This document shows, piece by piece, positions 1 through 10,600 of a DNA stretch of 64,000 bases. The stretch comes from Sphingomonas sp. Lineage in GTDB: Bacteria; Pseudomonadota; Alphaproteobacteria; Sphingomonadales; Sphingomonadaceae. Position 1 is the first letter of the stretch; each line of letters begins with the position of its first letter. The notes beneath the pieces are model-generated. The model was not told where the DNA came from. It saw nothing but the letters and a program-made list of their open reading frames with translations, and made no database searches. The stretch lies in the NCBI RefSeq assembly GCF_029239295.1, contig NZ_JAQZBC010000008.1, positions 58,812-122,811 of the forward strand. The letters are read 5' to 3'. The position numbers and the translations under genes are program-made.

Positions 1-397
1 CGTCGCGGCGGTGCTGACGATCGTCGGTTATTCGATCAACGACAAGATCGTGATCGACGACCGTATTCGCGAGAACATGCGCCGCTATCGCAAGATGGAC
101 ATGCGCGAGATCGTGAACCTGTCGGTCAACGAGACGCTGCCGCGTACCGTGATGACGTCGGTCACCATCCTGCTGGCGCTCGGCGCGCTGCTGTTCCTGG
201 GCGGACATGTGCTGCGCGGCTTCACCGCGGCGATGATCCTGGGCATCGTGGTCGGCACCTATTCGTCGATCTACGTGTCGTCGTCGCTGCTGATCACGCT
301 GGGCCTGCGCTCCGACCCGACCATCGAGCGCGCACCGCGCGGTGGCGGGATCGAGAATGCCGAGCGGATCGCCCCGCGCGAGCCGCGCGCCGAGTGA
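1..397 (+). CDS. secF: Protein translocase subunit SecF, C-terminal part (5' truncated by window edge)
   Basis: LTIVGYSINDKIVIDDRIREN and SVNETLPRTVMTS motifs, plus terminal TM helices with GTYSSIYV, are typical of SecF. Confidence 0.93.
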   Translation, partial: VAAVLTIVGYSINDKIVIDDRIRENMRRYRKMDMREIVNLSVNETLPRTVMTSVTILLALGALLFLGGHVLRGFTAAMILGIVVGTYSSIYVSSSLLITLGLRSDPTIERAPRGGGIENAERIAPREPRAE

Positions 398-404
398 TCG
401 TCGC

Positions 405-791
405 ATGAAGATGAACCGCGACCGTGACGCCGGCGGCCCGATCGTCCGCGGCTTCACGGCCTCGGGATTTCGCCTCGACGAGGCCACCGTGCTGCGCGCC
501 GCGCTGCTGACGGTGCGTGCCGCCACCGAGTGGTCGCCGCCAGCGCTCGCCGACCTGTCAGAAGAGGCGCTGGGGCCGATCCTGGCGGACGGGCCCGAGT
601 TCATCCTGATCGGGACCGGCGCCACACTCGCCCGCCCTCCCCGGGCGCTCACAGCAGCGCTTGAGGCGCGGGGCATCGGGGTGGAGCCGATGGACAGCCG
701 CGCTGCGGCACGCGCGTGGGGTATTCTTCGCGGTGAAGGTCGGCAGATCGGTGCCGCGTTCTACCCCATCGGCGAGGACCATCAGGGCTGA
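405..791 (+). CDS. Mth938-like (DUF498) domain protein
   Basis: PEFILIGTGA and GIGVEPMDSRAAARAWGIL motifs; commonly follows secF; ATG at 405 is in frame with ORF 342..791. Confidence 0.8.
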   Translation: MKMNRDRDAGGPIVRGFTASGFRLDEATVLRAALLTVRAATEWSPPALADLSEEALGPILADGPEFILIGTGATLARPPRALTAALEARGIGVEPMDSRAAARAWGILRGEGRQIGAAFYPIGEDHQG

Positions 792-840
792 CGCGTATCT
801 CAACGCGGCGCCACGCAAGGGTGGGGCTGCATCGACCATG

Positions 841-877
841 AAAAAGGCGCCCGGCGGATCGGCCGGACGCCTTTTTT
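841..877. terminator. Bidirectional intrinsic terminator
   Basis: AAAAAGGCGCCCGGC-loop-GCCGGACGCCTTTTTT between convergent genes. Confidence 0.75.
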
Positions 878-952
878 GTTGCGTGATCGCGATGCTAGCG
901 CACCATTCACAAGCCCGTTCGGGAGGAGCGCACCGCGCCCCTCCCCAAGCGA

Positions 953-2257
953 TCAGATCGCAGCCGGGCGGCGGGCAAACACGCCAAAGCCGGTGATCAC
1001 AGCATAACAAGCGACCGGCAGGACCAGCGCGAACGCCAGGCTACCCGATACGTCCGCCACGGTGCCGTACAGCGGCGGGATGACCGCGCCGCCCACGATC
1101 GCGGTGGCGATCACGCCCGACCCTTCCGCCGCGCGCTTGCCGAGCCCTTCCGAGGCCAGGCTGAAGATGGTGGGGAACATGATCGAGTTGCTGAGCCCGA
1201 CCGCGATCAGCGCCCATCCGGCTGCCGTACCGGTGCTGTTGGCCGAGAAGGCGAGCAGCGCGATTGCTGCCGTACCTGCGACTGCCAATACCTTCCCCGG
1301 CGACACCACGCGCAGGACAGCGGAGCCGATGAACCGGCCGATCAATGCGCCGCCCCAATAGAAGGGGACGTAATTACCCGCGACGTTCAGCGGCACGTTC
1401 CAGACATCAGGCTGCGCCAGATAGACCACCAGGTTGGAACCGATCGCCACTTCGGCGCCGACGTAGAGGAAGATGCACATCACGCCGAGCGCGAAGCGCG
1501 GACGCGACAGCAGCGTCAGCGGGTGGAAGATCGAGCCGGTCTGCTCTTGCTCCTCCTGCAGCCGATTGCGCCGCGTCCAGACGACGCCCGCGATCACCAG
1601 CAACGCGACGGCCAGGCCGATATAGGTATGGACGATCGTGCGCGACGCCTCGATCCGATAGGCGTCGAGCGCGGGGCCGCTGAGCGTTGCGGCGCTGACG
1701 CCGGCCAGGCCGCCAAGGATCAGCGTGGAGCCGATCCGCGGGAAGATGGTGGTGCCGAGCGAGTTGAACGCCTGCGCAAACGTCAGACGGCTGTGCGCGG
1801 TGCGCGCGGGACCCAGCAGCGAGATTAGCGGGTTTGCGACGACCTGGATCACCGTGATGCCTGCGCCGAGCACGAATAGCGCGAGCAGAAACATGCCAAA
1901 GGTCGCCGAGCTCGACGCCGGGATGAACAACAGGCAGCCGACCGTCATGGTGACGAGGCCGATCGATGCGGTGCGCATGTAACCAGCGCGCCGAACGATC
2001 GCGGCGGCAGGAAGCGAAAACAGCAGATAGGCCAGGAAGAAGGCCGAATTGACGAGGTTCGCCTGCGCATGGCTGAGCGTGAACAGCTCCTGCAGCTTGG
2101 GCATCACGATGTCGTTGAGGCTGGTGATGCCGCCAAAGATGAAGAACAGCGCAAAGACAAACCAGCGCAGATCCGGCGCGTCGACGTGCGCGCCGTCGCC
2201 ATCTTCGGGCAACGGATCGGCGCTGTTACTCGTCGTCGCGCCGTGAGCGAAAGCCAT
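953..2257 (-). CDS. Sugar MFS transporter, FucP/GluP (glucose/galactose) family
   Basis: 12-TM pattern; QVVANPLISLLG, AQAFNSLGTTI, FLYVGAEV and SIMFPTIF motifs. Confidence 0.88.
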   Translation of the reverse strand: MAFAHGATTSNSADPLPEDGDGAHVDAPDLRWFVFALFFIFGGITSLNDIVMPKLQELFTLSHAQANLVNSAFFLAYLLFSLPAAAIVRRAGYMRTASIGLVTMTVGCLLFIPASSSATFGMFLLALFVLGAGITVIQVVANPLISLLGPARTAHSRLTFAQAFNSLGTTIFPRIGSTLILGGLAGVSAATLSGPALDAYRIEASRTIVHTYIGLAVALLVIAGVVWTRRNRLQEEQEQTGSIFHPLTLLSRPRFALGVMCIFLYVGAEVAIGSNLVVYLAQPDVWNVPLNVAGNYVPFYWGGALIGRFIGSAVLRVVSPGKVLAVAGTAAIALLAFSANSTGTAAGWALIAVGLSNSIMFPTIFSLASEGLGKRAAEGSGVIATAIVGGAVIPPLYGTVADVSGSLAFALVLPVACYAVITGFGVFARRPAAI

Positions 2258-2279
2258 GAAAAATCCCCTCCGAGAACAT

Positions 2280-2291
2280 GTAACCGTTTAC
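2280..2291. promoter_or_regulatory. Candidate LacI-family operator upstream of the sugar transporter
   Basis: GTAACCGTTTAC = GTAA-N-CG-N-TTAC palindrome with central CG, about 23 bp upstream of the MFS start. Confidence 0.45.
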
Positions 2292-2324
2292 CGCGAAAAT
2301 TCGGGACTACAATCCGGGCCTTCC

Positions 2325-2996
2325 TCAGTCGTGCCGGGGGAACCAGCGCAGCACCGAGCCGGGGAATGGCGTCCATCGGCCGACCCGCACACCGGCAAAG
2401 CGAAGTGCGTCGCCGATCCAGTCGTTGCAGGTGTGGAAAGCGTCATAGCGGCCACGCGCCTGATAGAAGGCGTCGTTGCCCAAATAGCCGGGCTGCCGCG
2501 TACCGTCTGGCACCAGCGATGCCTGGATAAAGGCCGCTAATCGCCGATATTCGGCCGGGCGCACGACCACCTGGCGTACGTCACCGCCGGGCTTTGGCGC
2601 GGGGAGATGGTCGACATGGACGAGCGTGCGGTTGCTGCCGATCGCCGCCGCCAGGATCACGCCGGGCCTGAGATCGGCCCAGGTTGGCGTTTGAAGATAG
2701 AAATCGCGCTCGCCCCAGCCCACCGACACATGGTCATAAGCTGCGTAGCGTGGATCCCGCAGATCGCGCGCCGGGAAGGTCGATCGCCAGTCCACGCCCG
2801 CCGCCACCTTCGGCATGATGATGCCGGTATGGAGGCCATTTGACTCGATGTAGAGCGTGACGCCGGTGGGCGGCGGTGACCAGTTGGCGTTGCTAGGCAG
2901 CAAACTCCCGACGAATGCGGCCAACGGATAGGCCAGCACAAGCAGCGCCAGGGCGGAAAGGATCAGGACGGAGCGGCGGCGCATCGCGGCGATCAT
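2325..2996 (-). CDS. TIGR02117/DUF2459-like protein
   Basis: N-terminal TM; SNGLHTGII, GWGERDFYLQTPTW and YDAFHTCNDW motifs; start ATG 2996 or 2984. Confidence 0.75.
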   Translation of the reverse strand: MIAAMRRRSVLILSALALLVLAYPLAAFVGSLLPSNANWSPPPTGVTLYIESNGLHTGIIMPKVAAGVDWRSTFPARDLRDPRYAAYDHVSVGWGERDFYLQTPTWADLRPGVILAAAIGSNRTLVHVDHLPAPKPGGDVRQVVVRPAEYRRLAAFIQASLVPDGTRQPGYLGNDAFYQARGRYDAFHTCNDWIGDALRFAGVRVGRWTPFPGSVLRWFPRHD

Positions 2997-3131
2997 ACCG
3001 GCACCGCGTTCTTCAGCCACCCCGTAGACGACGGTGGCAACGTCAGCCCGCCCGCCGCGTTGACCGATCATGAACTTGACGCCCCCCTTGCCGATCGATC
3101 GTTTCGGCCGCTGCTGCGTCGTCGCGCCGGA

Positions 3132-4169
3132 ATGAGATCGACGATGCAGATCGACCGCGAGGCAATCGCCCAATTCGCGCTGAAGACGACGGTGGCGATC
3201 GCGCTGATCGCCTTCGCTCTCCTGATCTGGAAGCTGCACGACGCCGTGCTGCTGCTGTTCGCCGCGGTCATTACCGCGGTTATCCTGCGCGCATCAGCGC
3301 AAGCGCTTCAGCGCATCCTTCCGGTTGGCGATGGGGTGGCGCTGAGCCTCGCCACCGCGCTGATCGCGGCGTTGGTGATCGGCGCGATCGGGCTGTTCGG
3401 CCAAGAGGTCTCGAGCCAGGTCAGCGAGTTGACGGCGATGTTGCCGGGCGCGTGGGATACGCTGGTCGATACCGTCGGAGCCGAGCGCGTCGAACATCTG
3501 GTGGAGCGCTTCATGCCGGAGGGAGCGACGATCGCCTCGATCGCACAGACGGTGATCGGCTTGGTCACCAGCGCCGCGACTGGGCTCGCGCTGGCGGTTC
3601 TGGGGGGTGTGTATCTGGCGCTGTCGCCTGACACTTACCGCCGCGGGGCGCTCCGGCTGCTGCCGGACAGTGCCAAGGAGCGCGTCGCGCGCGCATTCGA
3701 CCAGACAGGCGATTCACTGCGCGCGTGGCTGCTGGGCCAGATCTTCCTGATGCTGCTCGTCGGCGTCGTTACGGGCGTCGGCCTGTGGATCATCGGCGTG
3801 CCGTCCGCCTTTGCGCTGGGGCTGATCGCCGGGTTGCTGGAGTTCGTGCCGTTGATCGGCCCGATCGCAGCGGCGATCCCCGGTGTGCTGATCGCGCTGA
3901 CCATGGGGCTGGAAACCGCCGCGCTGACGGCTGGCTTCTACTTTGTCGTGCAGCAGTCGGAGGGGAATATCCTGGAGCCGCTGGTCATGCGTAAATCGGT
4001 CTCGATCCCGCCGGCCGTGACGCTGTTCGCCATCTTCCTGTTCGGCGGGCTGTTTGGGCCGATCGGCGTGCTGCTGGGCGGGCCGCTAACGGTTGCCGCA
4101 TTCGTTCTGGTGCAGGTGCTGTGGCTGAATGATGATCTTCGTGCCGAGAAGAGGCAAAGTGCCACATAG
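3132..4169 (+). CDS. AI-2E (PerM) family transporter
   Basis: Multi-TM; LEFVPLIGP and VQQSEGNILEPLVM motifs; start 3132 or 3144. Confidence 0.88.
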   Translation: MRSTMQIDREAIAQFALKTTVAIALIAFALLIWKLHDAVLLLFAAVITAVILRASAQALQRILPVGDGVALSLATALIAALVIGAIGLFGQEVSSQVSELTAMLPGAWDTLVDTVGAERVEHLVERFMPEGATIASIAQTVIGLVTSAATGLALAVLGGVYLALSPDTYRRGALRLLPDSAKERVARAFDQTGDSLRAWLLGQIFLMLLVGVVTGVGLWIIGVPSAFALGLIAGLLEFVPLIGPIAAAIPGVLIALTMGLETAALTAGFYFVVQQSEGNILEPLVMRKSVSIPPAVTLFAIFLFGGLFGPIGVLLGGPLTVAAFVLVQVLWLNDDLRAEKRQSAT

Positions 4170-4170
4170 C

Positions 4171-4199
4171 AAAACGGCCGCATCCAGGGGATGCGGCCG
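4171..4199 (-). terminator. Intrinsic terminator of the F0 ATP synthase operon
   Basis: CGGCCGCATCC/GGATGCGGCCG 11-bp stem followed by T4 on the minus strand. Confidence 0.7.
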
Positions 4200-4225
4200 C
4201 TTGCCTGTCCAATGCGGGAGATCGC

Positions 4226-4876
4226 TCAGTTCGGGCGACCGATCCCGGCAATCGTGCGGTTGATCAACGTGCGATCAGCGTCAGGGCCGTGCCGGTCGGC
4301 AATCAGCGTGGCTGCTGCCTCCGCCGCGGCCGTTGCGGCGCGCGCGCGCACCTCATTGATCGCTGAACGCTCCGCGGCGGCGATCTTGTCCTGCGCCATC
4401 TTCGCGCGACGACCGACCAGCTCGTCCGCATCGACACGCGCCTGAGCGACGATCGCCTCCGCCTCGTGACTGGCCTGCGCGGCCATGTCAGCGGCGGACT
4501 TCTCCGCATCGGCGATCTTGCGGGCATATTCGTCGCGCAGCGCCTCAGCCTCAGCGCGGAGCGTCTTGGCCTCCTCAAGCTGCTGACGGATGCCAGCGAT
4601 CTGGCGATCAAGCCCGCCCATCAGCATGGCCGGCACCTTCTTCACCAGCATGATGATGATGAGCACCAGCATCGCCAGCGACACGATCACCGTGCCATTG
4701 GCGAAGCCGAACAGCGACGGATCGACGTGATGGTCGGGGCCGCCCTCGGCAATCGAGGTGCTGAGCGCCTCGGTACCCTCGGCGGTCATGCCTTCAGCCT
4801 CTGCCGCATGGGCGAGGTTTTCGGCGACCTGGGCAGATCCGCCGGTGGCGGCGGTCAGGATGATGAACTCAGCCAT
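4226..4876 (-). CDS. atpF: F0F1 ATP synthase subunit b
   Basis: Single TM followed by an Ala/Glu-rich coiled coil; position in the F0 operon. Confidence 0.9.
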   Translation of the reverse strand: MAEFIILTAATGGSAQVAENLAHAAEAEGMTAEGTEALSTSIAEGGPDHHVDPSLFGFANGTVIVSLAMLVLIIIMLVKKVPAMLMGGLDRQIAGIRQQLEEAKTLRAEAEALRDEYARKIADAEKSAADMAAQASHEAEAIVAQARVDADELVGRRAKMAQDKIAAAERSAINEVRARAATAAAEAAATLIADRHGPDADRTLINRTIAGIGRPN

Positions 4877-5363
4877 TCGCCATCGACGCCTTCACAGCGC
4901 CCCTCGCTTCGTCGGTCGACACCTGAATGCCGGACACGCGCGCCACGATGTCCTGCGCTGCCTCGGCGGCGATTGTCTCGATCTCGCCCAGAGCGCGGTC
5001 AGTGGCCGCCTTGATATCTGCCTCAGCTGCGGCAATCTGCTGCGCCTGATCGGCAGCAGCGATCGACAGCCGTTCCTCGGTCGCCTTGGCAGCAGCCTGG
5101 CGCGCCTCGGCGACGAGCGCCTGCGCCTTTTCGCGATTGGCCTGGTCGCGAATGCGCCAGTCGGCCTCCACCTTATCGGCAGCGTCACGCGCGGCCGAAG
5201 CGGCAGCGAGATCAGCGGCGATCGAGCGGTCACGCGAATCGATCGTCTTCTGCACCTTGGGCAGCATACCGCGGCCCACGACGAAAAAGACGATGCCAAA
5301 GGTAATCACCAGCCAGAAGAGCTGGGACGCCCATGTCGCGGCAAGTTGGGAAATCTGAGGCAT
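4869..5363 (-). CDS. atpF2: F0F1 ATP synthase subunit b'
   Basis: MPQISQ...SQLFWLVITFG motif typical of alphaproteobacterial b'. Confidence 0.9.
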   Translation of the reverse strand: MPQISQLAATWASQLFWLVITFGIVFFVVGRGMLPKVQKTIDSRDRSIAADLAAASAARDAADKVEADWRIRDQANREKAQALVAEARQAAAKATEERLSIAAADQAQQIAAAEADIKAATDRALGEIETIAAEAAQDIVARVSGIQVSTDEARGAVKASMANG

Positions 5364-5382
5364 CGAAAATCCTGCCTGAACA

Positions 5383-5403
5383 GGGCCGGCTAAACGCCGG
5401 CCC
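5383..5403. other. Intercistronic stem-loop downstream of atpE
   Basis: GGGCCGGC-TAAAC-GCCGGCCC perfect 8-bp stem. Confidence 0.6.
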
Positions 5404-5417
5404 CGTCAAGGATCATG

Positions 5418-5645
5418 TTAGGCGACGAACACCAGGATCATCGCCACGACGAACGACAGCAGACCGAGAAGTTCCGCACCGGCGAAGCCGATGAACAGAC
5501 GGCCCTGCTGTGCGTCAGCCGCACCCGGGTTGCGCAGCGCGCCCTCGAGGAACTTGCCGAACACGTTGCCCACGCCGAGCGAGGCGAGACCAGCACCAAC
5601 GGCCGCGAGACCGGCGCCGAGCAGCTTTGCGGCTTCTGCGTCCAT
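5418..5645 (-). CDS. atpE: F0F1 ATP synthase subunit c
   Basis: GAGLAAVGAG, ALRNPGAA and FAGAELLG (proton-binding Glu). Confidence 0.97.
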   Translation of the reverse strand: MDAEAAKLLGAGLAAVGAGLASLGVGNVFGKFLEGALRNPGAADAQQGRLFIGFAGAELLGLLSFVVAMILVFVA

Positions 5646-5695
5646 TTTAGTAACTCCCTATCAAGATCAAAAGGTTGGAAAAAACGGGTGAAAAC

Positions 5696-6484
5696 TTAGT
5701 GCAGGTTGACCGCATCGTTGAGATACAGCGAGGTCAACAGCGCAAAAACATAAGCCTGGATGCCGGCGACGAGCAGTTCGAGCGCCGAGATGCCGACCAT
5801 CAGGCCGAAGCTGGGGATGCCGACCAACAGGCCGACGCCGAGCCCGGCGTTACCGGCGTTGACGACGAACCCGGCCAGCACCTTCAGAAGGATGTGCCCG
5901 GCGGTCATCGCGACGAACAGTCGCAGGCCGAGGCTGAAGGGACGCACCATGAATGAGACGAACTCGATCAGCGGGATCACCGGCAGCAACCACCACGGCG
6001 TACCGTGCGGCACGAACAGGCTGAAGAAGTGAAGTCCGTGACGATAGAAACCAACCACCAGCACGATCGCGAACGACAGGATCGCGAGGATCCCGGTGAT
6101 CGTGAAGTGGCTGGTGAAGGTGAAGGGGTGAACGCCGATCACGCCGAGCGGCAGCAGGCCGAGGACGTTGGCGAACAGGATGAACATGAACAGCGAGAAG
6201 ACGTAGGGAACGTAGCGCTTCCCTTCGGGCCCGATGTTCTGTGCCAGCATGTTGTCGATGAAGCGCACCGCGCCCTCGACCATCATCTGGCCGCGCGTCG
6301 GCACAACCTTGCCCTTCGTACCGAGCGACATGAAGCCGATCAGTACGACCGTTGCCACGGCCATCCACATGGCCGAGTTCGTAAAGGCAATATTGTATCC
6401 GGCAATCTGCCAGTTCTGGGTGCCGAACAACGGCTCCACCAGAAACTGGTGCATCGGATCGATCTTGCCGCCGCCTTCCGCCAC
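5696..6484 (-). CDS. atpB: F0F1 ATP synthase subunit a
   Basis: RPFSLGLRLFVAMTAGH and QAYVFALLTSLYL motifs. Confidence 0.97.
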   Translation of the reverse strand: MAEGGGKIDPMHQFLVEPLFGTQNWQIAGYNIAFTNSAMWMAVATVVLIGFMSLGTKGKVVPTRGQMMVEGAVRFIDNMLAQNIGPEGKRYVPYVFSLFMFILFANVLGLLPLGVIGVHPFTFTSHFTITGILAILSFAIVLVVGFYRHGLHFFSLFVPHGTPWWLLPVIPLIEFVSFMVRPFSLGLRLFVAMTAGHILLKVLAGFVVNAGNAGLGVGLLVGIPSFGLMVGISALELLVAGIQAYVFALLTSLYLNDAVNLH

Positions 6485-6516
6485 GCCTGTATTTCCCTAA
6501 CGAAAGCGCCCGATCG

Positions 6517-6834
6517 TCACTTCGGGCGCTTGGTCGAAATCCGAATGATGTTTCTGAACGCAGCGATCGTCCCGAGGGCGAGCATCACGAGCAGACCCCA
6601 GGGCTGCGTGCCCGCAAATCGGTCGATCACCCAACCGATTAGCGCGCCGCCGACCATCCCCCCGGTCAATTCGGCGAGCACGCGGTTGCCGAGGCGATAG
6701 CCGCCGTCGGATTCCACCTTGCCCGCCTTTGTCCGGCTCGCCTCGTCCGCCTGTGCCGCCTTCAACCGCTCGTCGAGCGAGGTGAGACGTGCATCGGTGC
6801 CGAGGGAGTCTGGTCCGGGCTCGTTTTCGACCAT
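6517..6834 (-). CDS. atpI: ATP synthase protein I (AtpZ/AtpI family)
   Basis: ELTGGMVGGALIGWVIDRFAGTQPWGL motif; first gene of the F0 operon; ATG 6834. Confidence 0.85.
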   Translation of the reverse strand: MVENEPGPDSLGTDARLTSLDERLKAAQADEASRTKAGKVESDGGYRLGNRVLAELTGGMVGGALIGWVIDRFAGTQPWGLLVMLALGTIAAFRNIIRISTKRPK

Positions 6835-6903
6835 TCGCGCGCTCCCCAATATTCGTTGGGCAGGCGCCAAGAAGCCAAGTGGCGAGCCCGCCAAGGCGCC
6901 GTC

Positions 6904-6932
6904 CGGTTAGCCGGGGGGTCGGGGGGTGTCAA
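6904..6932 (-). promoter_or_regulatory. Sigma70-type promoter of the atp F0 operon
   Basis: TTGACA-N17-TAACCG on the minus strand upstream of atpI. Confidence 0.6.
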
Positions 6933-7003
6933 CCGTTGCACACCCCCTCGCCCGCCGGCGTCAGCACCTTATCACCCCGTTTGGCGGTGCTTTTCGGCGC
7001 GAC

Positions 7004-7384
7004 TCAGATGCAGCGCGGATCGCGGGTCGGCGCCCCGGCGCCACGAGTCTCCCACGTGCCGTCCGGCGTGCGGTACTTCTCGCCCGACTGGGTCTGCTGG
7101 ATCAGGTTGCACCCGCTGGTGAACGCCAATTGCTCCACCGTCGCGCCCGATGCCTGCGCCTTCTGGGTATAGGCAGCCTTGCGCTGGATGTTGATCGCAT
7201 TGACCAGCGCGCGCAGCTCCGCGCTGCCGGCACCGACCACGCCGAGATAGCCGTCGGGCTGCTCGCCAACCTGCCCCGCCGCGCGCGCTGCCGCATAAGC
7301 GGGATCACGCTGCGCAAAGGCAACGGTCGATACGCCGGTGAGCGCCAGCGCCCCCGCAACCATCCACATTACCTTCTTCGTCAT
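7004..7384 (-). CDS. ydbL: YdbL (DUF1318) family protein
   Basis: Signal peptide; GQVGEQPDGYLG and INIQRKAAY motifs; downstream of ynbE. Confidence 0.8.
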   Translation of the reverse strand: MTKKVMWMVAGALALTGVSTVAFAQRDPAYAAARAAGQVGEQPDGYLGVVGAGSAELRALVNAINIQRKAAYTQKAQASGATVEQLAFTSGCNLIQQTQSGEKYRTPDGTWETRGAGAPTRDPRCI

Positions 7385-7385
7385 C

Positions 7386-7607
7386 TCAAAAGATCCCCGG
7401 GTTCTGCTTGATCAGCGATTTGGCTTCGCTGTCGAGGCGGTACACCACCTCCTGCGTCACACTGATGTTCAGGTTGATGACGATCGGCTTGTCCGGCGCA
7501 GAGACGTTTACGCACGCTCCGGTTGCCAGCACCAATCCGGTCAAGACCTTCCCTTTCAGCACGGCAGAGATCGTGCGCCCTCCACCAATGTTCAACGTTT
7601 CGTTCAT
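7386..7607 (-). CDS. ynbE: YnbE family lipoprotein
   Basis: Lipobox LATGAC; APDKPIVINLNI motif. Confidence 0.85.
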   Translation of the reverse strand: MNETLNIGGGRTISAVLKGKVLTGLVLATGACVNVSAPDKPIVINLNISVTQEVVYRLDSEAKSLIKQNPGIF

Positions 7608-10600
7608 GGCATCATCTCGCTTGCGGAGGGCTGAATGGCTGGAGGCTGAGTGTTGGACGGCGGGGCGGCGGGTAACGTGACCGCCGGCGGCTGAACGCGG
7701 CGGTTCTGTTCTTCGATGAGGGCGGGCAGATTACGGTCGATCAGCCGTTTGGGATCGTAGAAGCTGGCAACCGAATCGATCAAGCCGCGGAATGGCGCGG
7801 TGATGCGGATGTTGAACACGAACGGCAGCTTCTGCAGGCGGCGAACGAGGAAGTTCGACTTTGCGCCCTCCCCCTGGCTGATCCCGGCGAACTTGACCTC
7901 GGTCACCATCTCCCCGGCGAGAGGGCCGTTCATCACCAGCTCCAGGTTGCGGTAGCGCAGCGAACGGAGCGCCTGGAACGCGATGTTGCCCCAGGTGCCG
8001 AGATCCTCTTCGGTCAGTTCGCCCAGATAGGCGATGCTGCCGCCGCCCTCGCGCATTACCAGCCGGCCGTTTTCGATCCGGCCGCCGCTCTGGTCGAAGA
8101 TCATCGGCAGCACGCCATCGGCGACGCCGGTGGCATCGAGATTCTTGAAATCGAACTTCTGCAGGAAGTGCCGCGCCTCCATCCGCTCGATCAGGAACGT
8201 CATGCGGCGCTCCTGCGGTGAGGAGAAATCAAGCAGCGTGGGCTGCAGGGTGAGGATGCCCGACGCGAACGGCCAGACCGCGCCGTTCACCTTTACGCGC
8301 AGATCGCGCAGCAGCTGATAATCGACGGTGCCATCCGTGACGGCGACCCCGGGGTTGATCTCCGCCACGGTGGCTTTCTGATTCGGCGCCGATTCCAGGG
8401 CGAGAAGATCGGTAAAGCGAAGATCGCCCTTGATTCCCGAGACCGGACCGAAGGCGGCGGCAAGATCGAGCTTGTCGGTGGAGAACAGCCCCGTCGATGT
8501 CACCCCATCGGGTGACCAGCTGATGTCGCCGGTGCCGCGCACGCTGCCCCGGACATCCGCGATGACGCCAAAGGTCAGTGGGGTCAGCTCCTCCGGCTGG
8601 AAACCGTCGCCAAAGGTGATCCCGGTAACGCCCAGCCGCGCCGTACCGCGTCCGCTGGACAACAGATGGCGGATCGCCACATCCGCGACCTTCACGTTCT
8701 TCGCTGGCTCGAACAACGTGCCATCGGCAGTGATGACGTTGTTCGCGAGCCGGAGCGTGACGGCGCGCGCGGCGAGCGGGCGGAAACGCGCGCTGTCAGC
8801 CGTGTCGCTGACCGACAAGTCGCCGTCGAGCGTCAGCACCGAGTCACGGAACCGCCAGCGACCCGCCGCATCCGCCAGCCTGAGCGGCACGGCGCCGATC
8901 CGTCCCGACCCGCCGGCGAAGGTGCCGAGGATATCGCCCGACGCAACCCGCCCGACCAGCGTCCCGAAATCCAGCTTCGTTTGCGCATCGGCCCTTCCGA
9001 TCCATGTCTCGACGCCGTCGAGCGCGAACGAGGCGCCCGCATGGCGCCACTCGGCGCGGCGGGCGCGTGCCTGAAGCGGCGATCCCCCCAGCGTGCCGGT
9101 CAGCCGCGGCTCCGAGACGGCGATGCCCCCGCCGACACCATCGCGCCCCATGCGGAACATGGCGCCGTCGAGCGGACATAGCGAAACGCGCATATTGCGC
9201 AGCGTAAGGCCCGACAGCGTCAGCCGAGTGAACGCTGCGTCCGTGCAGGAGCGGTTTAGAGCGATCGCGCCGCGCTGATCGAGCGCGGCGGACAGCGGGA
9301 TGCGCAATTCCTCGACCGCCCCGCCGCTGAGCGGGCCAGACAAGGTTGCGATGGTCTGCAGGGTTGTCCGGCCATCGGGTGCAGCGCTGAATCGCGCCGG
9401 TGTCAGTTCAAGGCGTGCGCCGCCCGCCGCATAGGGGGCAATGGTTGCGCCGCCCGTGATCGGGCCGCCTGCATGTCGTTGCGCGACCTGCACCGTTCCC
9501 TCGGGCAGGCCGCCGCCGCCGACGCGCAGCGTACCGTTGGCGCGAAGGCCGGCCGGGTCACCGATCACCACCTCCCCGCCCTCTCCGAACGCAAAGGTGG
9601 CCCCGGTTGCGGCTCGGATTGTCAGTTCGCGCACGCTGGCGAGTGGACGACCGACGGCAGTGCCCACTGCCGCCTCCCCGGCCAGTGAGAAGTCCGACCC
9701 GGCCCGCGCCAGCGCGTTCCCCGCGGCCGTCGCGAGCGGGGCGAGTGGTGTGCCGGCCGCAGCATTGCCGCCGGCGGCGAGTTGGCCCCGCAACGACGGA
9801 GCCAGCGCTACCCCTTGCCCGTCAAAGCGTCCGGCAAGGATGGCGCGCCCGGCAGCCAGGCGCCAGGTCCCAGCAAAGCCGGCCAAGCGGCTGCTGATGC
9901 CGGCTACGCTTACGCGCTCGCCGCGGAACTGGGCGCGCCCCTGGGTGCGCGCGGCGTCGCCCGCGAAGTTGATCTGGCCGCCGAGCGTTGCCACCTTGGC
10001 ACCGCTCGCCGCCACCGCCTGCGTCTGAAGCGACGCGGCACCATCCCAGTGCGTGAGTGCGGCGTTCAGGCCAACGTCCAGGCGCGCGGCGGGCGCGCTG
10101 ACCTGAACACCGCCACAGGACACCGCCACGGCGCGCAGCGGCCCGGACAGTTTCGGCGCGGCATCCCGCACCTCAACCGCCATGAAAGCAGTCGGTCGTT
10201 GGACGCGGCAGTCGGCAAGCTTCATCGACGGCGCGACCGCCGCCAGCGTGCCGCGAAAGTTTTCGTTCAGCCGACCCCGCCCTGACAAACGCACCCCGAT
10301 GACACCCAGCGGCGTTTCGAGCCGCATCCTGGCATCGGCAACCTCAAGGCCGAGCGCGGGCAAGGCAAATGGCTGACCCGAAGGTGCCGGCATCAGCCGG
10401 TCGATCGCACCAAGCGACAGGCGCCCGTCGACCAACCTGCCGCGAAGACGCATCCGTCCCGCGCGGACCGAATCGAGTTGCGGACGGCCGCCGCTGACCG
10501 ACAGACGAGTCTCGATCCAGTCCGCGACCAGATCGGGGTTCGCGGGATCACCGATCACCACATTGGTCAGACGCTGGCGGCGAAGCCCCAGATTGTCGAT

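Noticed and set aside
6911-6926. G6-TC-G6 tract in the atp promoter spacer as a phase-variation site
   Set aside because: The tracts are short, and phase variation of an essential operon is implausible without population data
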